A stretch of 64,000 bases of DNA from an uncultured Methanosarcinales archaeon (GTDB lineage Archaea > Nanobdellota > Nanobdellia > Woesearchaeales > GW2011-AR9), in assembly GCA_964343575.1 (NCBI GenBank), contig CAYFJV010000001.1, positions 286,705-350,704 on the forward strand. The letters run 5' to 3'. The translations under genes were made by a program, and so were the position numbers. This document shows positions 48,979-58,515 of the stretch, piece after piece. Numbering within the stretch: the first letter of the stretch is position 1; each line of letters starts with the position of its first letter. The notes under the pieces are model-generated. The model saw nothing but the letters and a program-made list of their open reading frames with translations, was not told where the DNA came from and made no database searches.

Positions 48979-50160
48979 ATGAAAGATAAGGAAACCGTAC
49001 AAGTAACCTTGCTTAATCTCTTTGTAACAGAGATTCCCTTAAGTGAGCTTATGGCAATTGGGCCCTTTTCCATTGTTGATAGCCATACTATTGCTTTTGA
49101 AGAGACCTATCAACACAAAGCAGAGAAGAAATTCTCTGGAGTTTTGCACGCTCATTTTGATTCGCTGAAAAATAAACTTACTGGCAACAAAGTTACTTAT
49201 ATTCATCGTAACTCTGGCATTCCTCTTTTTGGAAACGTTGCTTTTGGTATTGTCCATCGAGGAAGTTCTATTATTGAGATAAAGCCTGTAACTTCTTGCA
49301 ATTTAGATTGCGTGTACTGCAGCATTAGCGAAGGCCTCAGTAGCAAAAAAAATGATTTTGTTATCGAGGAAGAATACATGATTGAAGAGCTGCAAAAGCT
49401 GCTTGATTTTATCGATGAGCCTGTTGAGATCCACATTGGTGTGCAGGGCGAGCCCTTTCTATATGCAGATATGGAATTGCTCATTGGCGATTTACAAAAG
49501 ATGGAGAAAGTGCATACTATTTCTATTGATACTAACGGCACGCTGTTGAGCAAAGAGAGAATTGATCGACTTGCTGCTAACGATAAACTGCAGATGAACT
49601 TATCACTTGATGCAATTGACGAAGAAGTTGCAAAAAAAGTTGCTGGCACTAAACGCTATAATGTGAAACATGTCAAAGAAATGATAGCTTATGCTTCACA
49701 GAAATTGAGTAGGGTGATTGTTGCTCCCGTCTTGACTGTTGGTTTTAATGAGGAAGAGATGGAGAAAATTGTGCAATACATCAAAAGCTTGCCCGTGCAA
49801 CCAATTCTTGGCATCCAGAATTTTCTTCGTTACAAAACAGGGAGAAATGCTGCCAAAGAAATGAGTTGGGATGACTTTTATACTCTACTAGAAAAGTTAG
49901 AGAAGAAGTACGATATCCAATTGCGCTTGAAAAAAGAAGATTTTAACATCCGTTCTGTAAAAGAATTGCCAAAGCCTTTTGTTGAAGGAGATGAAGTGAG
50001 TGCGGTGATTAGATCAGTGGATCGCTTTGCGAAGAGTTCTATCGCTGTTGCTAAAGGAAGAAGCATTTCTCTTCCGAATTGTTTTTTTCGTAAGGGTAAG
50101 AAAGTTCGTGTGAAGATCACTCGAGATAAGCACAACATATTTGTAGGAAAAGTAGTGTAG
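48979..50160 (+). CDS. Radical SAM protein with C-terminal TRAM-like domain
   Basis: CNLDCVYC, QGEP, TNG, VKITRDKHNI. Confidence 0.9.
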   Translation: MKDKETVQVTLLNLFVTEIPLSELMAIGPFSIVDSHTIAFEETYQHKAEKKFSGVLHAHFDSLKNKLTGNKVTYIHRNSGIPLFGNVAFGIVHRGSSIIEIKPVTSCNLDCVYCSISEGLSSKKNDFVIEEEYMIEELQKLLDFIDEPVEIHIGVQGEPFLYADMELLIGDLQKMEKVHTISIDTNGTLLSKERIDRLAANDKLQMNLSLDAIDEEVAKKVAGTKRYNVKHVKEMIAYASQKLSRVIVAPVLTVGFNEEEMEKIVQYIKSLPVQPILGIQNFLRYKTGRNAAKEMSWDDFYTLLEKLEKKYDIQLRLKKEDFNIRSVKELPKPFVEGDEVSAVIRSVDRFAKSSIAVAKGRSISLPNCFFRKGKKVRVKITRDKHNIFVGKVV

Positions 50161-50232
50161 TTTTTGATATGTAGTAACTTTTCTGGGACGAATGTTGGCA
50201 AAACTTATAAATAGGACACTTTCTTCAGAGTT

Positions 50233-50802
50233 ATGCACCCAAGAATTCCAAGGCTTGAACGAAGACAATTTATCTATAAAGCTAAAGCTTGGGAGAGGAA
50301 AGGACTCCTTCTTGTGCCTCGAATAACCGTTCCAAGAGCAGCTTCTACTGGAGAAATTTTTGGTTGTACCCGTAGAGCGATTCTTTATGATGCTAAAGGA
50401 AGCCTTACTTCTAAGAATTGTGTAGTGGTTGATATTGAAGCTCGTGGAAGGAAGCCACTTTGGATGTATGTTGATGCTGAAGGTGTTTATTATCAAGGAA
50501 GAGAAGATTTGGAAAGGGACCTTGGAGAATTTGGAGAGAGACTCTTTGAAGAGACCAGACTTCTTCTTCCTGAAGCCAGGATTAATAGGGATCCTTCAGA
50601 AAGAGAAGCTCATGCTTGGCTAGAAGAGTTTTATATGCTCAATGGTTTTCTTGCAGTGGATATTGCAGGAATGAGTAGGGCAGATGCCATGAGTACAATC
50701 GAAGCACATGCTAAAAATTATAAGATTACAGATGATGAGGTTATTCTTCCTGAAGTAGGAAGACAGACTTCCCTTCCTTTCCTTTTTAGAGTAAGAAAAT
50801 GA
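50233..50802 (+). CDS. Hypothetical protein
   Basis: 189-aa ORF, TATA upstream. Confidence 0.6.
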   Translation: MHPRIPRLERRQFIYKAKAWERKGLLLVPRITVPRAASTGEIFGCTRRAILYDAKGSLTSKNCVVVDIEARGRKPLWMYVDAEGVYYQGREDLERDLGEFGERLFEETRLLLPEARINRDPSEREAHAWLEEFYMLNGFLAVDIAGMSRADAMSTIEAHAKNYKITDDEVILPEVGRQTSLPFLFRVRK

Positions 50803-51065
50803 TAGGCCATTACGATGAACAAACTGTGGACTACGACCTTAACAAACCTGGCGTAGAGAGATACTTGCCCTCTAGCATTGCTAACTCTTTGCGAAGGTTA
50901 GGTTTTCTAGACGAAGACCCCGCTGCACGTTGCAAAAGAGATCTTAGAGAGGGTGCCCAGAGATACTTTGGTATCAACGATGGAGGCCAAGACCCAGACA
51001 AACCTAACAAAGCAAAAGATCCTTTTGTTGCAATGCTTGGGCTTGATGGATTAAAGATACAATAA
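50799..51065 (+). CDS. Hypothetical protein
   Basis: ATGA overlap with the previous ORF. Confidence 0.5.
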   Translation: MIGHYDEQTVDYDLNKPGVERYLPSSIANSLRRLGFLDEDPAARCKRDLREGAQRYFGINDGGQDPDKPNKAKDPFVAMLGLDGLKIQ

Positions 51066-51137
51066 TTCTTAGATGTTGGAGTTTGCAGGAATTTTGTCGG
51101 CTCAAAGTTTATAAGTTAGTTAAGCTTACCTTTGTTT

Positions 51138-51938
51138 ATGAGAGGGAGAGATCTTGGATTGTTATTATTAGGCTTGTATGCCTGTAGTGGACAAAAGCCA
51201 AGTGAAGGAGATCCAACTGGAAATACAGACCAGGGAGAAGAAGTAGGAGATAGCGACTTAGAGGAGATTGTTGATACCTCTTTGCCAAAAGGCGATTCTG
51301 GAAAGACTGAAGATTCTGATTCAGCTTATCAAAACATGTGTGTTAGAACTGAGCCAACAAGTACTGTTGGTTGTGTTAATTTTTCTACTTATCCTGATTG
51401 CTTTGCAATTGATCCTGGGGTGGGCATGGGAAACCCAACATACGACGGTTTTTTTGTGGTGGATAGTAATGGTTCTGGGACAGACGTGGCTGCCCTTACA
51501 AGTATTTCTTCTCATTTCGAGATGAGCGATGGTACTGATATAATTTCTCCTTATGGTTCCCAGCTAGATTCTGACTTAACTCCTCATCGTGACTGCGCAG
51601 CAAGATACAATATCATTACCATAGGACCACCAGATGATGGAAGCGGAGCTCCTGGGAATAATAACTCTGTTAACGCAATGGCAACTGCAGTCGGAGCTAG
51701 CTATCATCAACCTGCTGAGCGAGAGGCAGTGCTCGAACTTCTTCAAAGTCCCACTGGTCCAGCTTCAATGTTCTTAGTTTATGGAAATAGCCCAGATGAA
51801 GCAAGAGGAGCAGGAGAAGTTGTTGGCCATAGAGCAGACGATATACGAGCCCTTGGAGGAACAAGGATTCTGGTTACTTTCCCTGGAGAGGAGAATCCAT
51901 GGGAGATCTATGATCAAGCAACCCTGAAGAACTTCTAG
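51138..51938 (+). CDS. Putative lipoprotein with S-layer-like domain
   Basis: LLLLGLYAC lipobox-like, acidic D/S/G linker, TDV.A / LDSD / NIITIG.P / LVYG.S..E.R.A pattern. Confidence 0.6.
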   Translation: MRGRDLGLLLLGLYACSGQKPSEGDPTGNTDQGEEVGDSDLEEIVDTSLPKGDSGKTEDSDSAYQNMCVRTEPTSTVGCVNFSTYPDCFAIDPGVGMGNPTYDGFFVVDSNGSGTDVAALTSISSHFEMSDGTDIISPYGSQLDSDLTPHRDCAARYNIITIGPPDDGSGAPGNNNSVNAMATAVGASYHQPAEREAVLELLQSPTGPASMFLVYGNSPDEARGAGEVVGHRADDIRALGGTRILVTFPGEENPWEIYDQATLKNF

Positions 51939-52099
51939 CCGTTTAGGAGGTCTCGCCCTGGTCGCAATGAGGCAGTGGTGCTCTCTCTTAGAACAGAGCC
52001 AACATTTTAGGCACTTTTTGCTTTCTTCAAAAGCACAATGTTTTTAAACCCCTTTAGAGTCTTTTTGGACGAGAGCAAGGGTTTCAAAGAGGGGTTTCA

Positions 52100-55000
52100 G
52101 TGACGAAGATTAATCGGATGACTATTCATGGGTTCAAGAGCTTTGCCCACAAGACTTCTATCGAGTTTGGACCACGCTATAACTGCATTCTAGGGCCAAA
52201 TGGTTCAGGTAAAAGTAATGTCGGAGATTCTCTTTGTTTTGTTCTTGGGAGGCTTTCTGCAAAGTCCATGCGAGCTGAAAAAGCAGCTAACTTGATCTTT
52301 AATGGTGGTAAAAAACACAAACCAGCGAGTGCAGGAACTGTTGAGCTGGAATTTGATAACAGTGAAAAGATCTTTCCAGTAGAAGACAAACGGGTGTTAA
52401 TCTCTCGAACTATCAGCAAAAAAGGCGGAAGTATTTACAAGATTAATGGAAAGAAAAGGACTCGAACAGAGATTATTGATTTAATGGCGGCAGCGCAGAT
52501 TAAACAAGACGGCTATAATATCATTTTGCAAGGAGATATCACTCGTTTTGTGGATATGCACCCTGTTGAGCGAAGAAAGATTATTGAGCAAATCAGCGAC
52601 ATTTCTCATTATGAAGAAAAAAAGCGCAAAGCACTTCTTGAGATGGACAAGGTTGAAGACAAGCTTAACAATGCAGCAATCATTTTGAAAGAGCGTAAGG
52701 CTTACCTTCGTGAGTTAAAGAAAGATCGTGACCAGGCACTGAAATTTAAAGAGCTTCGTGACAAGGTTGATTCTTACCGAGCAAGTTATATTGATATCAA
52801 ACGTCAGGCAAGGCTTGTTGAGAAGGAGCAATACGAAGCTAAGATCAAAAAGATTGAAGAAAAGGTTGGTGTCGCAGAGGGAAAGGTTGGGAAACTCAAA
52901 GCAGAGATGGAAGAAAAGCGCGCTGCAATCAAAGAGTTAAACAAAGAAATTGAAGCGAGTGGCGAAGAAGGTCAGGTTGCTATGCACAAAGAAATTGATG
53001 CACTTAAAGAGGAACTCATTCAAAAAAGAACGCGTGTTTCTACACTTAAAGATGAAATTAATAAGATTGATCTAAGAAAAGCGCAATTTGAAAAAGAGAT
53101 TGAAGATCTTCGTGAAAAAAATAGTGACTCTGCGCAAGAAATGAAAGATGCGCAGCAAGAGTTGGTTGCTAAGAAAAAAGAGCTTGCTGACTTTGAGAAA
53201 AAAATTGCAGAGTTTCGAAAAAAACACAAGATTGGTGCTTCTGGCGATTTAGAATCTTCTCTTGCTGATAAAGATAAAGTTATCGAAGAACAGCAAGATG
53301 AAGTCCAAAAAATTCGTGTGCAGCAGCAAGAGTTACTTCGTGAGAAAGATCGTATTGAGTTCCAGTTAGATAATATTGATGAGCAGATGCGTAAAGTTGC
53401 TGCAGTTAAGAAAGAACATAAAGATCAAATTAAGATTTTAAAGGATAAAAAAAGTGCCTTTAAGAACGCAAGCTTGAAATTAAGCAAATGTCTTGAACTA
53501 GATGGTAGCTACGCTTCACAACTTGCAAATGCTCGTCGAAAACTGCTCAATTTGCAAGAAGACCACGCAAAGTTGCACGCGCGCACCCGAAGTTTTCAAG
53601 CAAATCTTTCTCAGAATACTGCAATCAGCAGCATCATGAAAAATAAGAAAAAGTTTGGTGGTGTTTTTGGTACTGTTGCGCAACTTGGACAGGTAAAGAA
53701 AAAGTACGCAGAGGCGCTTGAGGCTGCGGCAGGGGCACGTACCAATTATCTTGTTGTTGACAATGACAAAACTGCAGCAGAGTGTATTGCTTATCTGAAA
53801 AGCAATAAACTTGGAAGGGCGTCCTTTATCCCACTTAACAAGATTAGAACAAGTGCCGGTATTGGAGCTGAGTACAAAAAATTGGCTCGGCTTGACGGCG
53901 TGCACGATTTTGCAATTAACTTGATTAGCTATAAGTCGCAATACAAAAAAGCATTCGAGTATGTCTTTGGAAGCACTCTCATTATTGAAGACATGGGCAC
54001 TGCTCGTAGAGTTGGTATTGGAAAAGCAAAGATGGTGACCCTGGATGGGAACATTGCTGAAGCTAGTGGAGTTATGAAAGGTGGTTTTCGTGGCAAGCGT
54101 CGAGGTGCTGGTTTTCAAGAAAAAGATTCTCTTGACAAACTAGAGAAACTCGAGGGTGAGATGGCTGATCATCAAAGTGTTATTTCCACCATTGAAGCAA
54201 AGCGAAGAGATAATGATGAGAAGATCACCGCATTGCGTAAAGAGAAAGGAGAACTTGAGGGAGAAGTAGTAAAGCTTGAGAAGAGTTTACACCTTGACAC
54301 TTCCGATCTAGAGGCGAGTGATGAGTTGAAAAAAGCACTTAAAGTTCGAATGAAGGAAGTTGATAATGAGTTAGGTGGCGTTGCCAAACAAATTGCAACC
54401 ATCAATCGAGGTCTTGCTCGAGTGAAATCCGAGAAGCAGATTTTGCGATCTAAGTTAAATGATGTAAATAATCCTCGTGTCCTTGCACAATTACAAGCTT
54501 TTGAAGAGGGAAAACGTAAATGTCGTGAGCGCATTATTCGACGTGAGAACGATCTGAAAAATTTGGGGTCGCAGCTTGATCGTTTGATTGCTCCAGAGAT
54601 GGAAAAGATCCAAGAAATTATCAAACAGCATGACAAAGAGCATGCGAGCTTTAGTAAAGAGATTGAGAAGCTGGGAGCCGAGGTTGAGAAAAAGGGCAAG
54701 GTGCTTGCTTTGAAAGAGAAAGAGAGCAAGGCTTTCTATGCTAAGTTTAAAGACTTGTTTAAGCAACGTGAAGCGCTTAACGCAGTGATTAGTAAGAATG
54801 AAAGTGCTATTGAGCGTATTCGCGATGATAACCGTGCGCAAGAGCGTGAAATTAATCTACATTCTCTGAAGTTTGCTGAGATTAAAGCAAAACTTTCTGT
54901 ACTTGAGGAAGAGTTTGAGAAGTACAAAGATGTTGAACTTGTCTCTGGCAAGAATGAGAAAGAGCTCTTTGCTGAAATTTCTAAGTTTGAAGCTATGCTC

Positions 55001-55594
55001 GGCCAAATGAGCGCAGTAAACATGAAGGCGCTTGAGATCTACGAAGAAGTTGAAAGTGAGTTTAACAAGTTACTTGAGAAGAAGGAAAGTTTGCACACTG
55101 AAAAGGCAGAGATTATGACCCTAATGAACGAAATTGAAACCATGAAAAAAGAGCATTTCATGAAAACCTTCGATGAAGCAAACAAACACTTCCAAGAAAT
55201 CTTTACACAGTTATTCAAAAAAGGAACTGCACACCTTGAGTTAGAAAACAAAGATAATATTTTCGAAGGCGGTCTTTCTATTAAGGTTAAGTTGAGTGGG
55301 AAACGTTTTATGGATATTAAATCTTTGAGCGGAGGGGAGAAGACCCTTACTGCGCTCTCCTTTATCTTTGCAATCCAAGAGTACCAACCTGCACGCTTTT
55401 ACATTCTTGACGAGATTGATGCAGCGCTTGACAAACACAACGCAGAGAAGCTTGCTAAACTGATTGCAAGTTATTCTGGTAAGGCGCAGTATATTGTTAT
55501 CTCTCACAATGATAGCGTGATTAGTGAGGCAGATAATTTGTACGGAGTCAGTATGACCGACGGCATTTCTAAGATCACTAGTTTGAAGATTTGA
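52100..55594 (+). CDS. smc: Chromosome segregation protein SMC
   Basis: GFKSF, GPNGSGKSN, hinge GRASFIPL, LSGGE, LDEIDAALD. Confidence 0.98.
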   Translation: MTKINRMTIHGFKSFAHKTSIEFGPRYNCILGPNGSGKSNVGDSLCFVLGRLSAKSMRAEKAANLIFNGGKKHKPASAGTVELEFDNSEKIFPVEDKRVLISRTISKKGGSIYKINGKKRTRTEIIDLMAAAQIKQDGYNIILQGDITRFVDMHPVERRKIIEQISDISHYEEKKRKALLEMDKVEDKLNNAAIILKERKAYLRELKKDRDQALKFKELRDKVDSYRASYIDIKRQARLVEKEQYEAKIKKIEEKVGVAEGKVGKLKAEMEEKRAAIKELNKEIEASGEEGQVAMHKEIDALKEELIQKRTRVSTLKDEINKIDLRKAQFEKEIEDLREKNSDSAQEMKDAQQELVAKKKELADFEKKIAEFRKKHKIGASGDLESSLADKDKVIEEQQDEVQKIRVQQQELLREKDRIEFQLDNIDEQMRKVAAVKKEHKDQIKILKDKKSAFKNASLKLSKCLELDGSYASQLANARRKLLNLQEDHAKLHARTRSFQANLSQNTAISSIMKNKKKFGGVFGTVAQLGQVKKKYAEALEAAAGARTNYLVVDNDKTAAECIAYLKSNKLGRASFIPLNKIRTSAGIGAEYKKLARLDGVHDFAINLISYKSQYKKAFEYVFGSTLIIEDMGTARRVGIGKAKMVTLDGNIAEASGVMKGGFRGKRRGAGFQEKDSLDKLEKLEGEMADHQSVISTIEAKRRDNDEKITALRKEKGELEGEVVKLEKSLHLDTSDLEASDELKKALKVRMKEVDNELGGVAKQIATINRGLARVKSEKQILRSKLNDVNNPRVLAQLQAFEEGKRKCRERIIRRENDLKNLGSQLDRLIAPEMEKIQEIIKQHDKEHASFSKEIEKLGAEVEKKGKVLALKEKESKAFYAKFKDLFKQREALNAVISKNESAIERIRDDNRAQEREINLHSLKFAEIKAKLSVLEEEFEKYKDVELVSGKNEKELFAEISKFEAMLGQMSAVNMKALEIYEEVESEFNKLLEKKESLHTEKAEIMTLMNEIETMKKEHFMKTFDEANKHFQEIFTQLFKKGTAHLELENKDNIFEGGLSIKVKLSGKRFMDIKSLSGGEKTLTALSFIFAIQEYQPARFYILDEIDAALDKHNAEKLAKLIASYSGKAQYIVISHNDSVISEADNLYGVSMTDGISKITSLKI

Positions 55595-55660
55595 TTTGTG
55601 TTCTTTCCTAAATATTTTAAACAAACAAGTTTTTCTCCTCTTGTGGCAGATCAAAAGGAG

Positions 55661-56287
55661 ATGTGGAACCTGAAATGGAAGAAAGTTAAAGAATACATTC
55701 CTGAAACTCTTTTCTCCAGAAAATGTTTAGCTAGGATCAAGGAAAACGGCGCTAAAACCCTGTTGGATATTGGTTGCGGAGATGGGAAAGATTCTTTTTT
55801 CTTTGCAAAGCAAGGTATTTCTGTAACTGCTCTTGATTTTTCTGAAGAAGCCATAAAGCATCTTAAAAGAAAGATGCTAAAGCAAGAGGTACGTGGAGTA
55901 ACTCCTGTTCTTGGAGACATACTAAGTTTCAAGATAAACAAGAAATTTGACGTAATATACGCACATCTCAGCCTACATTACTTTAGCGATGAAGACACAA
56001 ACAAAGTTTTTTCAAAACTTTTCTCTTTACTTAATAAGGGAGGGCTCCTTTTCATAAAGTGTAAGTCAACAAAGGATTGTAAGTTTGGTGAAGGAAAAAA
56101 AGTAGAAGAAAATTATTATTTAAGGAAGGGACACTTGAGACATTTCTTTAGCGAGGAATACCTCCGTAGGAAGCTTGAAAATTTCGAGTTAATCAAGATC
56201 TCTGAGAGTAGTTCAGAACATGTGGTGATTGAGGGCCCTAACCACATCGCAAGTTTTATTGAAGTAGTTGCAAGAAAAACCAACTGA
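55661..56287 (+). CDS. Class I SAM-dependent methyltransferase
   Basis: LLDIGCGDG, FDVIYAHLSLHYF; AGGAG SD before the ATG. Confidence 0.88.
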   Translation: MWNLKWKKVKEYIPETLFSRKCLARIKENGAKTLLDIGCGDGKDSFFFAKQGISVTALDFSEEAIKHLKRKMLKQEVRGVTPVLGDILSFKINKKFDVIYAHLSLHYFSDEDTNKVFSKLFSLLNKGGLLFIKCKSTKDCKFGEGKKVEENYYLRKGHLRHFFSEEYLRRKLENFELIKISESSSEHVVIEGPNHIASFIEVVARKTN

Positions 56288-56357
56288 GTAGAGTTAGTTC
56301 CCCGGGGCATTCAGTAGAAACGACAACTTTAAATATACTACAGTATACCTTGGTATA

Positions 56358-56600
56358 ATGGCTGAAGCTACAACTCTTAAAATTCATCGCTCAACCAAGC
56401 AAGAATTGGATACTTTTAGAGAGTACAAAAATGAAAGTTATGATGAACTTATTCAAAAAATAGTGTATATAGCAAAGAATTGTAAAGAAAAACCGGAACT
56501 TAGTCAAGAGGTAATCTTGGCGATCGAGAAAGCAAGAGAACGGATCAAAAAAGGTAAGTTTCTTTCTGAAGAGGAAGCCAAGAAGAGACTTGGTTTATGA
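56358..56600 (+). CDS. Antitoxin
   Basis: TTLKI..ESYDELI; EEEAKKRLGL; ATGA overlap with RelE. Confidence 0.8.
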   Translation: MAEATTLKIHRSTKQELDTFREYKNESYDELIQKIVYIAKNCKEKPELSQEVILAIEKARERIKKGKFLSEEEAKKRLGL

Positions 56601-56857
56601 CTTATACTCTTATCTTTGATAACAAAGCGATTGAACAGTTGGAAAAATTACCCAAGTCTGTTCGGAAGAGAATCTTCAAAAAGATTCAGAGAGCCAAGGA
56701 AAATCCCCATCGTTTCTTTGAAAAATTAGTTGGAAGAGAAGAATACAAACTAAGGATAGGAGATTATAGAGTTATAGCAGATATTAATGATAGTCAGTTG
56801 AAGATCTTGGTGCTTTATGCAGATCATAGGAAAAGAGTATACCAGCGCTTGGAGTAA
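56597..56857 (+). CDS. RelE family toxin
   Basis: KLRIGDYRVI...HRKRVY. Confidence 0.9.
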   Translation: MTYTLIFDNKAIEQLEKLPKSVRKRIFKKIQRAKENPHRFFEKLVGREEYKLRIGDYRVIADINDSQLKILVLYADHRKRVYQRLE

Positions 56858-56891
56858 AGTTTTAAATAACAATTTCCTTTCTTTTTTTTCT

Positions 56892-57140
56892 ATGGCTAAA
56901 AATAAGGTGAAGAAAAAAGGAGAGTACCACATTCTTTCTATACTCTCTTTGGTCTTTGCTTTTGTGAGCCCTCCTGCAGGAGTAATCTTTGGAATTTTGG
57001 CACTTATTCGTATTAAAGAGACAGGACAGCCAGGGAGAGGGCTTGCTATTGCTGGGATCATTATTTCTGTGATTTACACACTAATGATCTTACTCTTTTT
57101 GCTCTTTTTCTTTGGTTTAGCTTTTTTTGGAAGTTTGTAA
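56892..57140 (+). CDS. DUF4190-like membrane protein
   Basis: GILAL..IK...GRGLAIAGII. Confidence 0.8.
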   Translation: MAKNKVKKKGEYHILSILSLVFAFVSPPAGVIFGILALIRIKETGQPGRGLAIAGIIISVIYTLMILLFLLFFFGLAFFGSL

Positions 57141-57181
57141 TTCAGGATACTTTTTTAAAGAAGGCCAGTTGGTGAACATCT

Positions 57182-57508
57182 ATGGATTATAGATTACCTG
57201 GAACTAGAGGTTCAGACTCAACATTTATTCTTTACGAAGGGAGAGGATTTCAAGATAGAGGCATGGGTGGCCTTGATTTAGAAGGGTTTCTGACTCGAAC
57301 AAAAGGCCAAGGAAGAGTTCCTCTCTCCCTGGTGGACACAGATTCAGGTTGCCTTATTAACTTAAGAACAGGGGAACGAAAGCCAACCCCAGGGGGCTTT
57401 GACGCGAATAGATTTCATTCTGTCCAAGCAACTAATTTGGAACAAGCAAGAAATTTCTTAGAGGAGCATTATGGAGGGGAGCTAACAACTCACCTCTACG
57501 ATAACTGA
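57182..57508 (+). CDS. Hypothetical protein
   Basis: GGTGA SD, 108 aa. Confidence 0.55.
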   Translation: MDYRLPGTRGSDSTFILYEGRGFQDRGMGGLDLEGFLTRTKGQGRVPLSLVDTDSGCLINLRTGERKPTPGGFDANRFHSVQATNLEQARNFLEEHYGGELTTHLYDN

Positions 57509-57544
57509 TTTAAAAAGAAAACTTTATAAACAGGTCCTCTTCTC

Positions 57545-57748
57545 ATGGCAGTGAAAATGGAAACTAGCGAGAGCGTCAGAGGTCAGAAGATTAAGCGCTT
57601 CTGGAAAGAAACCCTTCGTGTGCTTCGAATTACCAAAAAGCCCAACAGAGAAGAGTTTTTGACCACCGTGAAGGTAACCGGTCTTGGGATCAGTGTTATT
57701 GGCATCATTGGCTTTTTGATCTTCCTCGTAAAACAATTATTTTTTTAG
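57545..57748 (+). CDS. secE: Protein translocase SecE/Sec61 gamma
   Basis: RVLRITKKP.REEF...GIIGFLI; upstream of spt5. Confidence 0.93.
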   Translation: MAVKMETSESVRGQKIKRFWKETLRVLRITKKPNREEFLTTVKVTGLGISVIGIIGFLIFLVKQLFF

Positions 57749-57765
57749 AAGAATAGTGAAATATA

Positions 57766-58251
57766 ATGGCAAGTGAAATTTATGCAGTACGAACCGCGGC
57801 AAACCGTGAAGATCAGGTTGTAGACTACCTTATCCCGAAGATTGCAAAGGAGAGCCAGCTTGAGGTTTACTCTGTTATTCGACCACACGGTATGCGTGGT
57901 TATATCTTTATTGAAGTAGGAAGCAAAGCTGATGCAGAAATGATTGTTAGCCGAGTACCTTACGCAAGAGGAATTTTGCCTCGGGCAGTTCCTTATCCTG
58001 AGATTGAGCACATGCTTGAACAGGTTAAAGTGGAAATGAACATCCGTAAAGGAGATATTGTGGAGCTTATTTCTGGACCGTTCAAACGTGAGAACGCAAA
58101 AGTTATAAGGATCAACAAAACGAAAGAGGAAATCGTTGTTGAGCTTTTAGAAGCGGCAGTACCGATCCCAATCACTGTAGCGATGGATGCTGTAAAAGTT
58201 ATTCGGCGTGACAGTGATGACGATGAAGAGGAAGACGAACTGAAATTGTAG
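57766..58251 (+). CDS. spt5: Transcription elongation factor Spt5
   Basis: NGN domain (GYIFIE) plus KOW (GDIVELISGPFK), EAAVPIP. Confidence 0.96.
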   Translation: MASEIYAVRTAANREDQVVDYLIPKIAKESQLEVYSVIRPHGMRGYIFIEVGSKADAEMIVSRVPYARGILPRAVPYPEIEHMLEQVKVEMNIRKGDIVELISGPFKRENAKVIRINKTKEEIVVELLEAAVPIPITVAMDAVKVIRRDSDDDEEEDELKL

Positions 58252-58265
58252 TTCTCTTTATTTTT

Positions 58266-58431
58266 GCCCTGTTGGTGTAGTCCGGACCAGGAAAAATCAT
58301 GGATTTTTGTGGTTTGTCTTGGGGACAAACTATCATACCGCCCTTTCGCGGCGAGAAAGCGGAGCTTTCTGAGCTCTTCAGCTGCTCGCTGAAGAGAGGC
58401 GGTGACTCGGGTTCGAATCCCGGACAGGGCA
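58266..58431 (+). tRNA. tRNA-Glu(UUC) with two introns (58286-58328 at 19/20; 58349-58396 at 37/38)
   Basis: Acceptor GCCCTGT/ACAGGGC, anticodon stem CCGCC/GGCGG around CTTTCGA, GTTCGAATC T-loop; 75 nt after splicing; no encoded CCA. Confidence 0.92.
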
Positions 58432-58515
58432 CTTCTTTTCTAATTTCTTTCATATTTTCACTTTTTGGCTTATTCTCTGAAAAATGTTTTTAAAAAAAGT
58501 TCTCTTTAGAAAGGT

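Noticed and set aside
52177..55654. Multiple antisense ORFs within smc (and similar ones in proS, ileS, transketolase)
   Set aside because: Shadow frames of well-supported genes, with no motifs or start signals
58199..58493. ORFs 58199-58453 and 58299-58493
   Set aside because: Both overlap the intron-containing tRNA; spurious
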